Source: Nitrososphaeria archaeon (GTDB taxonomy: Archaea; Thermoproteota; Nitrososphaeria; Nitrososphaerales; JAAOZN01). Taken from it: 64,000 nt of DNA. Within the stretch, counting starts at the first letter, position 1, and every line of letters begins with the position of its first letter. Both the position numbers and the translations under genes were made by a program. The notes below the pieces were generated by a model, which had not been told where the DNA came from, ran no database searches, and saw only the letters and a list, made by a program, of their open reading frames with translations. Where the stretch lies: the NCBI GenBank assembly GCA_029775855.1, contig JARVJZ010000001.1, forward strand, positions 192,001 to 256,000, given 5' to 3'. Below, in pieces: positions 37,966-47,518 of the stretch.

Positions 37966-38007
37966 GCTTACACCCAAATTTCACACTTGTGTAAAAAGGG
38001 TGTGAGC
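37966..38007 (+). promoter_or_regulatory. 5'-leader hairpin of the eif1a-rio1-KH-top6 operon
   Basis: GCTTACACCC/GGGTGTGAGC 10-bp stem with inner ACA-CTTG-TGT; TATA-like TTTAATAT 37935-37942; SD AGGTGA 38010-38015. Confidence 0.5.
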
Positions 38008-38021
38008 CTAGGTGAAATAAA

Positions 38022-38333
38022 ATGGGAAAGAGGAAGGTAATCAGCGAAGAAGAGTTAAAAGAAATGGTCTACCCAGGACCAGGAGAAGTACTGGGTAGAG
38101 TAGTTAAAAGACTTGGAAGCGACCTTATGGTAGTAAAATGCGCTGACGGTAAAACCAGAATTGGTAGAATAAGAGGGAAATTGAAGCGCAGAATCTGGGT
38201 AAGAGATAACGACGTAGTTCTCGTCGCACCATGGGACTTTAAAAGTGATGAAAGAGGAGATATAATCTGGCGCTACACCATAGCACAAATAGATATTCTA
38301 AAGTCACAAGGATACCTACCACTCGACCTCTGA
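38022..38333 (+). CDS. eif1a: Translation initiation factor aIF-1A
   Basis: CADGKTRIGRIRGKLKRRIW, APWDF, RGDIIWRY. Confidence 0.96.
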   Translation: MGKRKVISEEELKEMVYPGPGEVLGRVVKRLGSDLMVVKCADGKTRIGRIRGKLKRRIWVRDNDVVLVAPWDFKSDERGDIIWRYTIAQIDILKSQGYLPLDL

Positions 38334-38344
38334 GGCTGAACCCT

Positions 38345-39130
38345 ATGTGGAGCGGAGGCGACGACCTCCCAGAAGAGGTCAAAGAAAGTCTACTTGAGTA
38401 TGAAAAAAAGAGCAGATACCTAATAAAACGCTCAGAAGACCAGCAGGTAATCGAAGACGTCTTTGACAAAGCAACAAAGATGGCCTTATACAAACTCATA
38501 AACAAAGGTGCACTTCAAACACTCATCGGCGTAGTCAAAACAGGGAAAGAATCAAGGGTCTACTGGGGGAAAAAAGCAGACAACACAGACGTAGCAGTAA
38601 AGATTTACCTAACAGTAGCAGCTGACTTTAGAAGAAGACTACCATACATCCAAGGCGACCCAAGATTCACAAATGTCGGTAAAGGAATAAGAAACATAGT
38701 TGAAGTCTGGGCTAAAAAAGAATACCGCAACCTAAGCGAAGCCTACAAAGCGGGCGTCAAAGTGCCGCAACCATTCAACCTAAACAAAAACATACTCGTT
38801 ATGCAGTTCATAGGTGAAGAAGGCAAACCAGCACCCACCCTAAAAGAAGTAGATAAACTGACACAAAAAGACTACCGCAACGTAATAGAGCAGATAACCT
38901 TACTCTACCAGAAGGCTGAGCTCGTGCACGCAGACTTATCCGAATACAACATCTTTAAATGGAGAGATGAAGTAATCCTATTTGACTTCGGCTCAGCAGT
39001 ATCCAGAGAACATCCAAATGCAGACGATTTCCTACAAAGAGATATAGAAAACCTAAACCGCTTCTTCAGCAAAAAAGGAGTTAGAACGCAGCAAACACAA
39101 ACCTTACTCAAAAAAGTGAAAGGCGAATGA
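38345..39130 (+). CDS. rio1: RIO1 serine/threonine kinase
   Basis: TGKESRVY, AVKIY, YIQGDPRF, LVHADLSEYNI. Confidence 0.95.
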   Translation: MWSGGDDLPEEVKESLLEYEKKSRYLIKRSEDQQVIEDVFDKATKMALYKLINKGALQTLIGVVKTGKESRVYWGKKADNTDVAVKIYLTVAADFRRRLPYIQGDPRFTNVGKGIRNIVEVWAKKEYRNLSEAYKAGVKVPQPFNLNKNILVMQFIGEEGKPAPTLKEVDKLTQKDYRNVIEQITLLYQKAELVHADLSEYNIFKWRDEVILFDFGSAVSREHPNADDFLQRDIENLNRFFSKKGVRTQQTQTLLKKVKGE

Positions 39131-39687
39131 CCTTTGAACAAACACTCAAGATCCCCATAGATCGTATAGGCGCACTGCTAGGAAAGCAAGGCTCAACCAA
39201 AGCAGAAATAGAAAAGCTGTGCAACGTATCCATCAACGTAGACAGCAACACAGGTGAAGTAACTGTAAAGATCAAAGGAGCAGTTGAAGAAGCAGAACCA
39301 TTTAAAGCCCTAGCCATAATCAACGCAATAAGCAGAGGTTTCTCACCTCAAAGAGCATTCAAACTTACAAAAGACAACACAACACTAGAAACCATAGATC
39401 TAAGAGAATACGCAGGCAGATCTAAAGACGCATTAACTAGAATAAAGGGCAGAATAATCGGGCAAAACGGCAAAGCAAGGAGAGTGATAGAAGAACTCAC
39501 GAGAACAGAAGTATCAGTATATGGACACACAGTATCCATAATAGGTGAACCAGAAGGCGTTAAGCTTGCCGCGGAGGCTGTAAAGACACTCGCATCAGGA
39601 AGCCAACACAGCACAGTATATCGAATGCTTCAAAGAGCAAGGCAAAAAGCAAAACTTGAGCGCCTAAAACTATGGGAGGAAGAGTGA
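39127..39687 (+). CDS. KH-domain RNA-processing protein (Dim2/Pno1-like)
   Basis: RIGALLGKQG, RGFSPQRA, KGRIIGQNG, GSQHSTVY. Confidence 0.92.
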   Translation: MTFEQTLKIPIDRIGALLGKQGSTKAEIEKLCNVSINVDSNTGEVTVKIKGAVEEAEPFKALAIINAISRGFSPQRAFKLTKDNTTLETIDLREYAGRSKDALTRIKGRIIGQNGKARRVIEELTRTEVSVYGHTVSIIGEPEGVKLAAEAVKTLASGSQHSTVYRMLQRARQKAKLERLKLWEEE

Positions 39688-41310
39688 ATGTCAAAAAGGC
39701 AGACAATCTTCAAAGAAATCTCGCCAAGCGAATTCTTCTACCGAAACCGAGACCTAGCTGGATTCAGCAACCCAAGCAGAGCCCTCTACGCAGCTACCAG
39801 AGAATTGGTCGAAAACGCATTGGATGCTTGTGAAACAGCATGTATACTACCAGACATATTCGTAAGAATAACATCAGCAACCATAGATGGAACATTAGCT
39901 GACCCCAAACCGTATACGCTTAAAGTTCAAGACAACGGTCCTGGCGTAGAGCCAAAATATGTGCCAGACGCATTCGCCCGCATCTTCTACGGAAGCAAGT
40001 TCCAACTTAAGCAGTCAAGAGGCATGTTTGGCATGGGTGCAACGATGGCAATTCTCTATGGGCAAGTCACAACAAACAAACCCGTGTTAGTAACAACCTC
40101 AGTCGATGGTGAGAAAGCATATACATTTGAGATGATGGTCAATATACACGACAATACACCCCTTGTACTGAACAGAACGGTCAAACCAGCTAACGGTAAG
40201 ACAGGCCTATCTGTACAGCTAACATTAGAAGGCGACTACAGCAGATCAGGGTCAAAGATTCAAGAATACTTTAAGCAGACCGCCCTAGTAACACCATACG
40301 CCAACATACTATTCATAGATCCAAATGGCAGACTCTTCTTCTATAGCCGAGCCACCGATAAGATGCCAAAACCAGCAAAAGAGACACTGCCACATCCACT
40401 AGGCATAGACATAGAAGCGCTAAGAAGACTGCTTAAGGAATCTAAAGAGCCCACACTCAAAAAGTTTCTCTCAAAGAACTTCCACAGAGTTGGAGACAAC
40501 ATCGCAGAAGACTTCTTAAAGTTCGCAGGTTTAGACGCAGAAGCAGACCCAAAAAGGTTATCAAACGACGAGATAACCAGATTCGTAAGCGCATTACACT
40601 CATACAAAAACTTTCTACCCCCGGACGCAAGATGCCTATCACCTTTAGGTGAAGAACTCCTTGCAGCTGGCATAGAGAAGGAACTGCAGCCTGAGTTTTT
40701 AGCAGTTATACAAAGACCTCCTTCAGCCTACTCCGGCTTCCCCTTTATAGTTGAAGTTGGTTTAGCGTACGGTGGAAAGGGTGTTGAGCAAGGGTTAAAA
40801 CTGCTAAGGTTCGCAAACAGGATACCCCTTTTATACGACGAAGCGAACGACATATCTTGGAAGGTAGTTAACGAGGAGATAGATTGGAAGAGATATAACA
40901 TACCTCAAGATGCACCACTTACCATCATAACACACGTCTGCTCAACGAAGGTACCATACAAAACAGTAGGAAAAGAATACCTTGCAGACAGACCAGAACT
41001 CGAAAGGGAGCTTAAAAACGGAGTGAGAGAGGTTCTTCGAAGGCTCGGCACATACCTCTCACGCAAAAACACGCTTGCATTCGCTAAAAAGAAAATGAAT
41101 ATCTACGAAAAATACCTACCGCTTATAGCAAGATTCTCAGCCGACCTAATAGGTGCAACAAAGCTTCCAAACTATAAGAAACTACTTAAGAAAAGCGTAG
41201 AAGAAACCGCTGAAAATTTTGAAGAACCTATAGTAGAAGTGGAGAATAAGCCCATTGAAAATAAGGTGGTGAAACTTGAGCAGAGGAGACTCGAAGACTT
41301 TAGCCAGTAG
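39688..41310 (+). CDS. top6B: DNA topoisomerase VI subunit B
   Basis: FFYRN, RELVENALDA, DNGPG, QSRGMFGMG, RFANRIPLLYD. Confidence 0.97.
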   Translation: MSKRQTIFKEISPSEFFYRNRDLAGFSNPSRALYAATRELVENALDACETACILPDIFVRITSATIDGTLADPKPYTLKVQDNGPGVEPKYVPDAFARIFYGSKFQLKQSRGMFGMGATMAILYGQVTTNKPVLVTTSVDGEKAYTFEMMVNIHDNTPLVLNRTVKPANGKTGLSVQLTLEGDYSRSGSKIQEYFKQTALVTPYANILFIDPNGRLFFYSRATDKMPKPAKETLPHPLGIDIEALRRLLKESKEPTLKKFLSKNFHRVGDNIAEDFLKFAGLDAEADPKRLSNDEITRFVSALHSYKNFLPPDARCLSPLGEELLAAGIEKELQPEFLAVIQRPPSAYSGFPFIVEVGLAYGGKGVEQGLKLLRFANRIPLLYDEANDISWKVVNEEIDWKRYNIPQDAPLTIITHVCSTKVPYKTVGKEYLADRPELERELKNGVREVLRRLGTYLSRKNTLAFAKKKMNIYEKYLPLIARFSADLIGATKLPNYKKLLKKSVEETAENFEEPIVEVENKPIENKVVKLEQRRLEDFSQ

Positions 41311-42373
41311 AAGAAAAGCTGAGGTAAAGAAACTGCTACGCCAATTAGGGCAGAAAGTATACGAAGACTTAGAAAAAGAAACCTTTCCAGAAGTAACGTT
41401 AGCAAGCAGATCTGTAAGCAACATAGTGTATGATGAACGGCTTAAACAATATGTTCTCGGACCGAGTAAAACAAGAAGATCAGCCCATAATATCAAGCAC
41501 ATACGTTCATTTACTCAGCTGATCTGGCTTGCCTCATTTGTGAATAAGCTTGTTGAGACATCTAAGACCTCCACACTTAGAGACGTCTTCTATTCCTCTC
41601 AAGCGTATGGTGTAGACTTTAGCGATCAATCTGAATCTGATGAGATCATAACTGATCTAGAGGTTTTACTATCAAAGGCGCGTGAAGACTTCAACGTATA
41701 CCCAGAGGAGCGCTCCGCAATATTCGGGGACTTAACGATAGAATATACTGTGCCTGGATATGAGGGGCGGCGCCTAAATCTAGCATCTCACCCAGATGGA
41801 TACCTTATAGGACCTAGTCTGAGCACTGCAGAGTTTGTGGATACTTCAGCTGAAATGGTTATAGCGGTCGAGAAGGGTGGTCTGTTCACTAGGTTTGTTG
41901 AAGAGAATGTGCATAAGAGGTATAAGGCGTTAATTGTAGATACAGCAGGCCAACCTCCTAGGTCAACACGATACATGCTGAAGCGGTTGAATACAGAGCT
42001 AAAGCTTCCAGTCTACATTCTTGCTGATGGCGATGTTTATGGTGAACACATAGCTATGGTTATAGTTTCAGGCTCTGTGGGCGCTGCTCACCTCCACGAT
42101 CTAACCGTTCCGGACGCTAAGTGGATAGGTGTATGGGGAACCGATATAGTGAAATATCGTCTGCCAAGCGACCCTCTAAGCGAAATCGACATAAAGAGGA
42201 TATATGAATTAAAGAAGGATCCTAGGTATGCAAAAGGCATCTGGCAGCGTGAACTTGACATGTTTCTTAAGATAAAGAGGAAGAGTGAACTAGAGGCGTT
42301 TGCAAAATATGGCTTAACCACAATAGTAGATAAGTATCTCCCTGAGAAGCTGCAGGAGGCAAAGAGCCTTTAA
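41276..42373 (+). CDS. top6A: DNA topoisomerase VI subunit A
   Basis: STLRDVFY (catalytic Tyr), AVEK, GQP, DGDVYG, KSELEA. Confidence 0.97.
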   Translation: MSRGDSKTLASRRKAEVKKLLRQLGQKVYEDLEKETFPEVTLASRSVSNIVYDERLKQYVLGPSKTRRSAHNIKHIRSFTQLIWLASFVNKLVETSKTSTLRDVFYSSQAYGVDFSDQSESDEIITDLEVLLSKAREDFNVYPEERSAIFGDLTIEYTVPGYEGRRLNLASHPDGYLIGPSLSTAEFVDTSAEMVIAVEKGGLFTRFVEENVHKRYKALIVDTAGQPPRSTRYMLKRLNTELKLPVYILADGDVYGEHIAMVIVSGSVGAAHLHDLTVPDAKWIGVWGTDIVKYRLPSDPLSEIDIKRIYELKKDPRYAKGIWQRELDMFLKIKRKSELEAFAKYGLTTIVDKYLPEKLQEAKSL

Positions 42374-42966
42374 CCTCTACTTCTTGGCTTGACCACAATC
42401 TCTCTAACATAGAGCTCAAAGAAGTTATTTGAATGGGCTGGTTTAAGCACAACCGCTGTATCAGCGCCCCCACCACTACCAGCTACTGCAACACAATCTC
42501 TCTCCACAGAGATAAGACCAGCATCAGCAGCCATAACAGCTATCTCTATGCAAACCTTCAAACCATTACCCAGCAGCTTAAGCCCCTCCGCTAAGATCTC
42601 TACTGGTCCGTAGGTGTTCAACTTTCTTCTGATAGAGCGCTCTACTCCAGATAGAGCGTGTGTCGCTGTAAGCAGCTTTGCACCACTCCTCAGTATCTCA
42701 GACTCTAACTCAGGCCTCATCTGCTGAACATCAGGCTGCTCAAAGCCGGTATGATGCCTAACTATAATTAGATTGAAGCCTTTGAATATCTTGCAAGCCT
42801 TTACCCCCGTCGCTCCAGATGTGGAGGCGACGACTATATCTCTAATCTTTAAGGTTTCAGCACGCTCTTTAGCAGCGTGTAAGGTTAGTTCTGTATCTGC
42901 TTCTTCAGGTGAATCGAAGTAGATTATCTTTTCTACCCTCAATCTTAATTCACCGTGTCTATGCAT
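42370..42966 (-). CDS. Pyruvate kinase C-terminal-like protein (COG1751 type)
   Basis: IVVASTSGATG, HALSGVER, GLKVCIEIAVMAADAG, GADTAVV. Confidence 0.85.
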   Translation of the reverse strand: MHRHGELRLRVEKIIYFDSPEEADTELTLHAAKERAETLKIRDIVVASTSGATGVKACKIFKGFNLIIVRHHTGFEQPDVQQMRPELESEILRSGAKLLTATHALSGVERSIRRKLNTYGPVEILAEGLKLLGNGLKVCIEIAVMAADAGLISVERDCVAVAGSGGGADTAVVLKPAHSNNFFELYVREIVVKPRSRG

Positions 42967-43118
42967 CTTAGATACACATATAGAAAGGTTGTGAATTATT
43001 TTAGCTTCTCTAACTACAGGTTGGCGATGAAGGTGGATTTTACTGTGAAGGGTTTAAAACAGCTCTGCTGCTAATAGGTAGACAAGCATATTTACGCAAG
43101 AAGCGTAGGAGGGTTACC

Positions 43119-43946
43119 TTGAGCTCTGCTAAAGAAACCCCAAACAAGCAGCAACTACCACCAAGTTTAGACTTGAAGAACTGGCTACCCTTTGTTAAGA
43201 AGTGGAGTATAATCACCGAAACCCTCTGGCTCATACCTAAGAGAGATAACAGTGGGTCGATGAAGGAGCTTCACCACGGTGAGTTCATCCCTCAGATACC
43301 TAGACAAGCCATACTAAGATTCACGAAACCCTATGAGTTGGTCATAGACCCCTTCGTCGGCTACGGCACTACACTCGTAGAATGCCAAAGGCTCGGTAGA
43401 AATGGTATAGGTGTTGAATTAGAGCGCCACATCGCAGAAGTCGCTAACCGAAGAATCAAAGAGGAACAAAACCCCTATAATGTAAAAGTTGAAGTCATAG
43501 AGGGAGACAGTAGTGACTTCGATTTTAATGAAATCCTTCACGAGAGAAACTTTGCTGAGGCATCGTTAATAATCGCACATCCCCCATATCACGATATTAT
43601 CAAATATGGTCAAGATCCTAGAAACCTTGCGAATGCCCGCACATTAGAAGATTTCCTTCAAGCATACGGCAAGGTTCTTGATAATGTGTTGAGAGTTTTA
43701 GCCAGAAGCGGATATTATGTGCTTGTTATTGGGGATAAGTATACGAAAGGGGAGTGGATTCCACTCGGATTTCATACGATGAACGAGACTCTCAAGCGAG
43801 GATTGAAGCTTAAAGCAATCTGCGTTAAAAACTTTGAAGAAACCATGGCTAAGCGTAGGCAGATTAACCTTTGGAAGTATAGAACATTAAAATTGGGGAC
43901 CTACTTCTTTAAGCATGAATATGTTATGTTCTTTCGAAAGGAGTAG
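43119..43946 (+). CDS. Orphan amino-methyltransferase (N4-C/N6-A DNA methylase-like)
   Basis: HHGEFIPQIP, motif I DPFVGYGTT, motif IV HPPY, HEYVMFFRK. Confidence 0.85.
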   Translation: MSSAKETPNKQQLPPSLDLKNWLPFVKKWSIITETLWLIPKRDNSGSMKELHHGEFIPQIPRQAILRFTKPYELVIDPFVGYGTTLVECQRLGRNGIGVELERHIAEVANRRIKEEQNPYNVKVEVIEGDSSDFDFNEILHERNFAEASLIIAHPPYHDIIKYGQDPRNLANARTLEDFLQAYGKVLDNVLRVLARSGYYVLVIGDKYTKGEWIPLGFHTMNETLKRGLKLKAICVKNFEETMAKRRQINLWKYRTLKLGTYFFKHEYVMFFRKE

Positions 43947-44020
43947 AGAATATGCGACTCATAGCAGATGCTTTGATTAGTTTTTATAAGGTTGGTTTGC
44001 GTATATAATGGTGTTCGAAA

Positions 44021-44587
44021 TTGTATGCTTCGAAGCCTAAGTTTACCTTCATCTTTATTCTTTTTATACTAGCATTCTTCATTTACCAGAACATCTCAGA
44101 TGCTTGGATTAACTTAGCCTTCTTTCCAGCCTTTGCTTTTACAGAGCCTTGGACGTTTATAACATCCGTCTTTCTACACGCGGATTTTATACATCTATTC
44201 TTTAACATCTTCGCACTCTTCTTTTTCGGCATATATCTAGAGAGAATAATAGGTAACGGAGCCTTCGCAGCCCTCTTCTTCGTTTCAGGCGTAGTAGGGA
44301 ACTTGGGGTATTTGATTACCTCATCTAACCCTTACATACCAGCCATAGGGGCTTCAGGAGCAATATATGGTGTAATCGGCACGCTAGCTGTACTAGCTCC
44401 ATCACTTCTAGTCTATATCTACGGCTTTATACCTGTGCCTATGGCTTTAGCAGCAGTCATCTGGGCTCTAATAGATCTAGGCGGTCTATTTGTGCCCTCT
44501 GGAATTGCGCATGGCGCGCATCTAGGAGGTATGCTTGTAGGTCTACTTTACGGCGCGTATCTAAGAATTCGGGTTAGACGGGGTTAA
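44021..44587 (+). CDS. Rhomboid intramembrane serine protease
   Basis: FLHADFIHLFFN, GASGA, AHLGG. Confidence 0.95.
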   Translation: MYASKPKFTFIFILFILAFFIYQNISDAWINLAFFPAFAFTEPWTFITSVFLHADFIHLFFNIFALFFFGIYLERIIGNGAFAALFFVSGVVGNLGYLITSSNPYIPAIGASGAIYGVIGTLAVLAPSLLVYIYGFIPVPMALAAVIWALIDLGGLFVPSGIAHGAHLGGMLVGLLYGAYLRIRVRRG

Positions 44588-45581
44588 GTTCGAGTGAAAT
44601 TTGTGTAGTTTTAGCTGCTGGCAGATTCTTCCAATCACCTTTGATAGCCGGCTTTCCCCTTAACCTCTGTATGTAGTTATAAGCGGAGAGAGCTGCTATT
44701 GCACCTTGGGCTGCTGAGATCACAACCTGCTTATATGGAGAATCGGTCACATCACCAGCTGCAAATACCCCTGGATGTGAAGTTGAACCGTCTTTAGCGG
44801 TTACGATTTCGTTCTTAGCGTTAAGCTGCACTAAATGTTTAACCAAGTCTGTCTTTGCAACATAACCCATCTCTACAAACACACCTTGCACTGGTATATC
44901 CCTCATTACACTCCCTTTCTCTTTAATTGTGACCGACTCAACAGTGTTGTTGCCATTAATTCTTACAACCTCTGATTCCGGCATAAACAACACATTACTC
45001 TTGCCTCGCAGAGCCTCAACTAGCTCATCTGCTGCAAGGAGTTTAGCCAACTTATATATTAAATGCACTTTGGAAGCGATGTTACTTAGCAGCAAGGCTG
45101 CTTCTGCAGCTGGTTCGGAAGAGCCTACTACAGCAACATCTTTTCCTCTGAACAGTGGGCCGTCACAAATAGCGCAGTAAGAAACACCTTTAGACTTTAA
45201 CCGCTCTTCGCCTTCTACGCCCAAGTCTCTTGGCGTCTTTCCGAATGCTAGAATTAAGGCGCAAGCATCATACTCTCCACCTGTGGTTCTGACTGTGAAG
45301 CAGACTCCGTCTTTATCCTTGATCTCCTTGACCTCTTCGAACATTATCTTTACACCATAGAGCATCGCCTGCTCCTGAAACTTCTTCATCAACTCTAAGC
45401 CACTTATGTTTATGAAGCCTGGATAATTCTGTATGGAGTCTGTTAGAAGCGCTTGCCCACCTATATCTTTGGTTACGAGAAGAGTCTTCAAACCTTGTCT
45501 TCCTGCATAGAGCGCTGCTGTTAGACCCGCTGAAGCCCCCCCGATTATTATCAAGTCGTATAGACGATCGTTACTATTCAA
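44574..45581 (-). CDS. trxB: Thioredoxin reductase
   Basis: GVSYCAICDG (CxxC), NYPG, FAAGDVT. Confidence 0.9.
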   Translation of the reverse strand: MNSNDRLYDLIIIGGASAGLTAALYAGRQGLKTLLVTKDIGGQALLTDSIQNYPGFINISGLELMKKFQEQAMLYGVKIMFEEVKEIKDKDGVCFTVRTTGGEYDACALILAFGKTPRDLGVEGEERLKSKGVSYCAICDGPLFRGKDVAVVGSSEPAAEAALLLSNIASKVHLIYKLAKLLAADELVEALRGKSNVLFMPESEVVRINGNNTVESVTIKEKGSVMRDIPVQGVFVEMGYVAKTDLVKHLVQLNAKNEIVTAKDGSTSHPGVFAAGDVTDSPYKQVVISAAQGAIAALSAYNYIQRLRGKPAIKGDWKNLPAAKTTQISLELNPV

Positions 45582-45630
45582 CTAAATTCACCCAATCTAA
45601 CATGTGTAAAAGGGTAATCCTTTAAAAGGG

Positions 45631-45918
45631 TTGAGCTATGAGCATCTATCGTTGAGCTACATAGACTTCGGTTTAGCATTAGCAGGCGCTTGGTTCGCTA
45701 CCTTGACTGGAGCAGTAGCGTTGATTATAGTGGTTATAGAGTTCTTCAAAAAGTTTGGTGTTAGAAGTGAGGAATCAACTCAGAGTGCTGAAACCAAGAT
45801 TCAAGCCTCAGAAGAAAAAATAGAGCAGCTTAGCGAAGAAGAAGCCACAACCGTAGTGGCCCTAGCAGCGATCCAAGCCTATCTCAGCGAAGAGCAAAAG
45901 GAGGCGACAGAATCTTGA
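45631..45918 (+). CDS. OadG/MmdD-like membrane subunit of a Na+-translocating decarboxylase
   Basis: Single TM, C-terminal VVALAAIQAY; precedes biotin carrier and beta subunit. Confidence 0.75.
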   Translation: MSYEHLSLSYIDFGLALAGAWFATLTGAVALIIVVIEFFKKFGVRSEESTQSAETKIQASEEKIEQLSEEEATTVVALAAIQAYLSEEQKEATES

Positions 45919-46394
45919 AGCGCCGATTCAAGATTACCGTAGGTGGAAAGACCTATGAAGTCGAAGTCGAAGAAACTACACCTGCTGAACCAGAACCAGC
46001 ACCTCCACCATACATAGGGCCACCTAGGATACTTACAGAGCCTCCGAAGCGCACACCTACACCGCGACCAGCTTTATCACCTCCTCCAAAGAAAATTGAG
46101 GCATCAAGAGCAGCGGTGGCACCAACCCCACAACTTCAGCAGATCCAGCCTTCTCCTCCGGAGACGGCTGCAGCTGTAACTGGTGAGACCATAAAAGCAC
46201 CCTTACCTGGCGTTGTTGTCTCGATTAAAGTAAAAGAAGGAGATCAGGTCAAGCAAGGTGATACGTTGCTCATTTTGGAGAGTATGAAGATGGAGAATTC
46301 TTTAGCCGCGCCTCGAAGTGGTGTTGTTAAGCGTATTTTAGTTCAGCATAGAGCTTCGGTTCAGCACGGTGACCCGCTTATTGTATTAGAATAG
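45915..46394 (+). CDS. Biotin carboxyl carrier subunit (MmdC-like)
   Basis: FKITVGGKTYEVEVEE, Pro/Ala linker, ESMKMEN biotinylation motif. Confidence 0.92.
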   Translation: MKRRFKITVGGKTYEVEVEETTPAEPEPAPPPYIGPPRILTEPPKRTPTPRPALSPPPKKIEASRAAVAPTPQLQQIQPSPPETAAAVTGETIKAPLPGVVVSIKVKEGDQVKQGDTLLILESMKMENSLAAPRSGVVKRILVQHRASVQHGDPLIVLE

Positions 46395-46404
46395 GCTGAG
46401 CTGC

Positions 46405-47517
46405 TTGTCTGCTCTTCTACCCTTTCCTTTCAGTAATATTGTTATGATAGGTGTGGGTGTGCTTCTTGTGTACGTTGCTGTGTGGAAGCGGTATGAGCCT
46501 TTACTTCTTGTTCCTATAGGCTTCGGAGCGATTTTAGTCAACCTACCTTTCAGTGGACTTAACGAGCCGGGGGGGTTTCTGAGGATACTTTATGACGTCG
46601 GTATTGCTACTGAGCTCTTCCCGATTTTGATATTTATCGGCTTAGGTGCTATGATAGACTTTAGCGCTCTTTTCGAGAGACCTTGGGTTATGGTCTTCTC
46701 TATCCCCGCGCAGCTCGGGATACTAGCAGCTTTACTCTTATCTTTGGCTCTTGGCTTTAATCCGGCAGAAGCTATAAGTATTGGGATAATTGGTGCGATG
46801 GATGGGCCTACAGCCATCTACGTGACATCTACTTACGCACCTAGTCTCCTACCAGCGGTGACGGTCTGCGCTTATTCGTATATGTCACTCATACCACTCT
46901 TACAGATCCCCCTTTCTAAGCTTATTGTTTCAAAGAGGGAGAGAGCCATAAGGATGGATTATAAACCAAGCAGATATCCTAAAGTAATGAAGATCGTCTT
47001 TCCAATCCTTGTGACTGTGATTGTAGGAAGCTTAGCGCCAAAAGGCATACCCCTTATAGGCTCACTTATGTTCGGAAACTTTCTAAGAGAGAGCGGTGTA
47101 GTAGATAGACTTGCTAAGTCTGCTCAAAATGAATTAGCAAACATAACTACCATACTACTTGGCATCGCGATAGGCGGTACAATGGTTGCAGACCAATTCC
47201 TACGCCTGCAAACCATTTTAATCTTTGCACTCGGATTAGTGGCCTTCATAGTAGGCTTAAGCTGCGGGTTACTCTCAGCAAAACTACTTAACATAATAAC
47301 AAAAGGCAAGGTGAATCCACTTTTAGGAGCAACTGGGGTATCAGCCTTCCCTATGGCTGGAAGGACAGCTCACTTAATCGCCAGAGAAGAGGATCAAGGT
47401 AATTGGCTTCTAATGCACGCTATGGCTGCTAATGTAGGTGGGCAGATAGCATCGGTAATAGCTGGTGCAGCCCTCTTAACTTACGGAGAGATGCTCGGTG
47501 CGCTCCCGGCCGTCTGA
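46405..47517 (+). CDS. Na+-translocating decarboxylase beta subunit (OadB/MmdB)
   Basis: YEPLLLVPIGFG, GIIGAMDGPTAI, AYSYMSL, GVSAFPM. Confidence 0.94.
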   Translation: MSALLPFPFSNIVMIGVGVLLVYVAVWKRYEPLLLVPIGFGAILVNLPFSGLNEPGGFLRILYDVGIATELFPILIFIGLGAMIDFSALFERPWVMVFSIPAQLGILAALLLSLALGFNPAEAISIGIIGAMDGPTAIYVTSTYAPSLLPAVTVCAYSYMSLIPLLQIPLSKLIVSKRERAIRMDYKPSRYPKVMKIVFPILVTVIVGSLAPKGIPLIGSLMFGNFLRESGVVDRLAKSAQNELANITTILLGIAIGGTMVADQFLRLQTILIFALGLVAFIVGLSCGLLSAKLLNIITKGKVNPLLGATGVSAFPMAGRTAHLIAREEDQGNWLLMHAMAANVGGQIASVIAGAALLTYGEMLGALPAV

Positions 47518-47518
47518 T

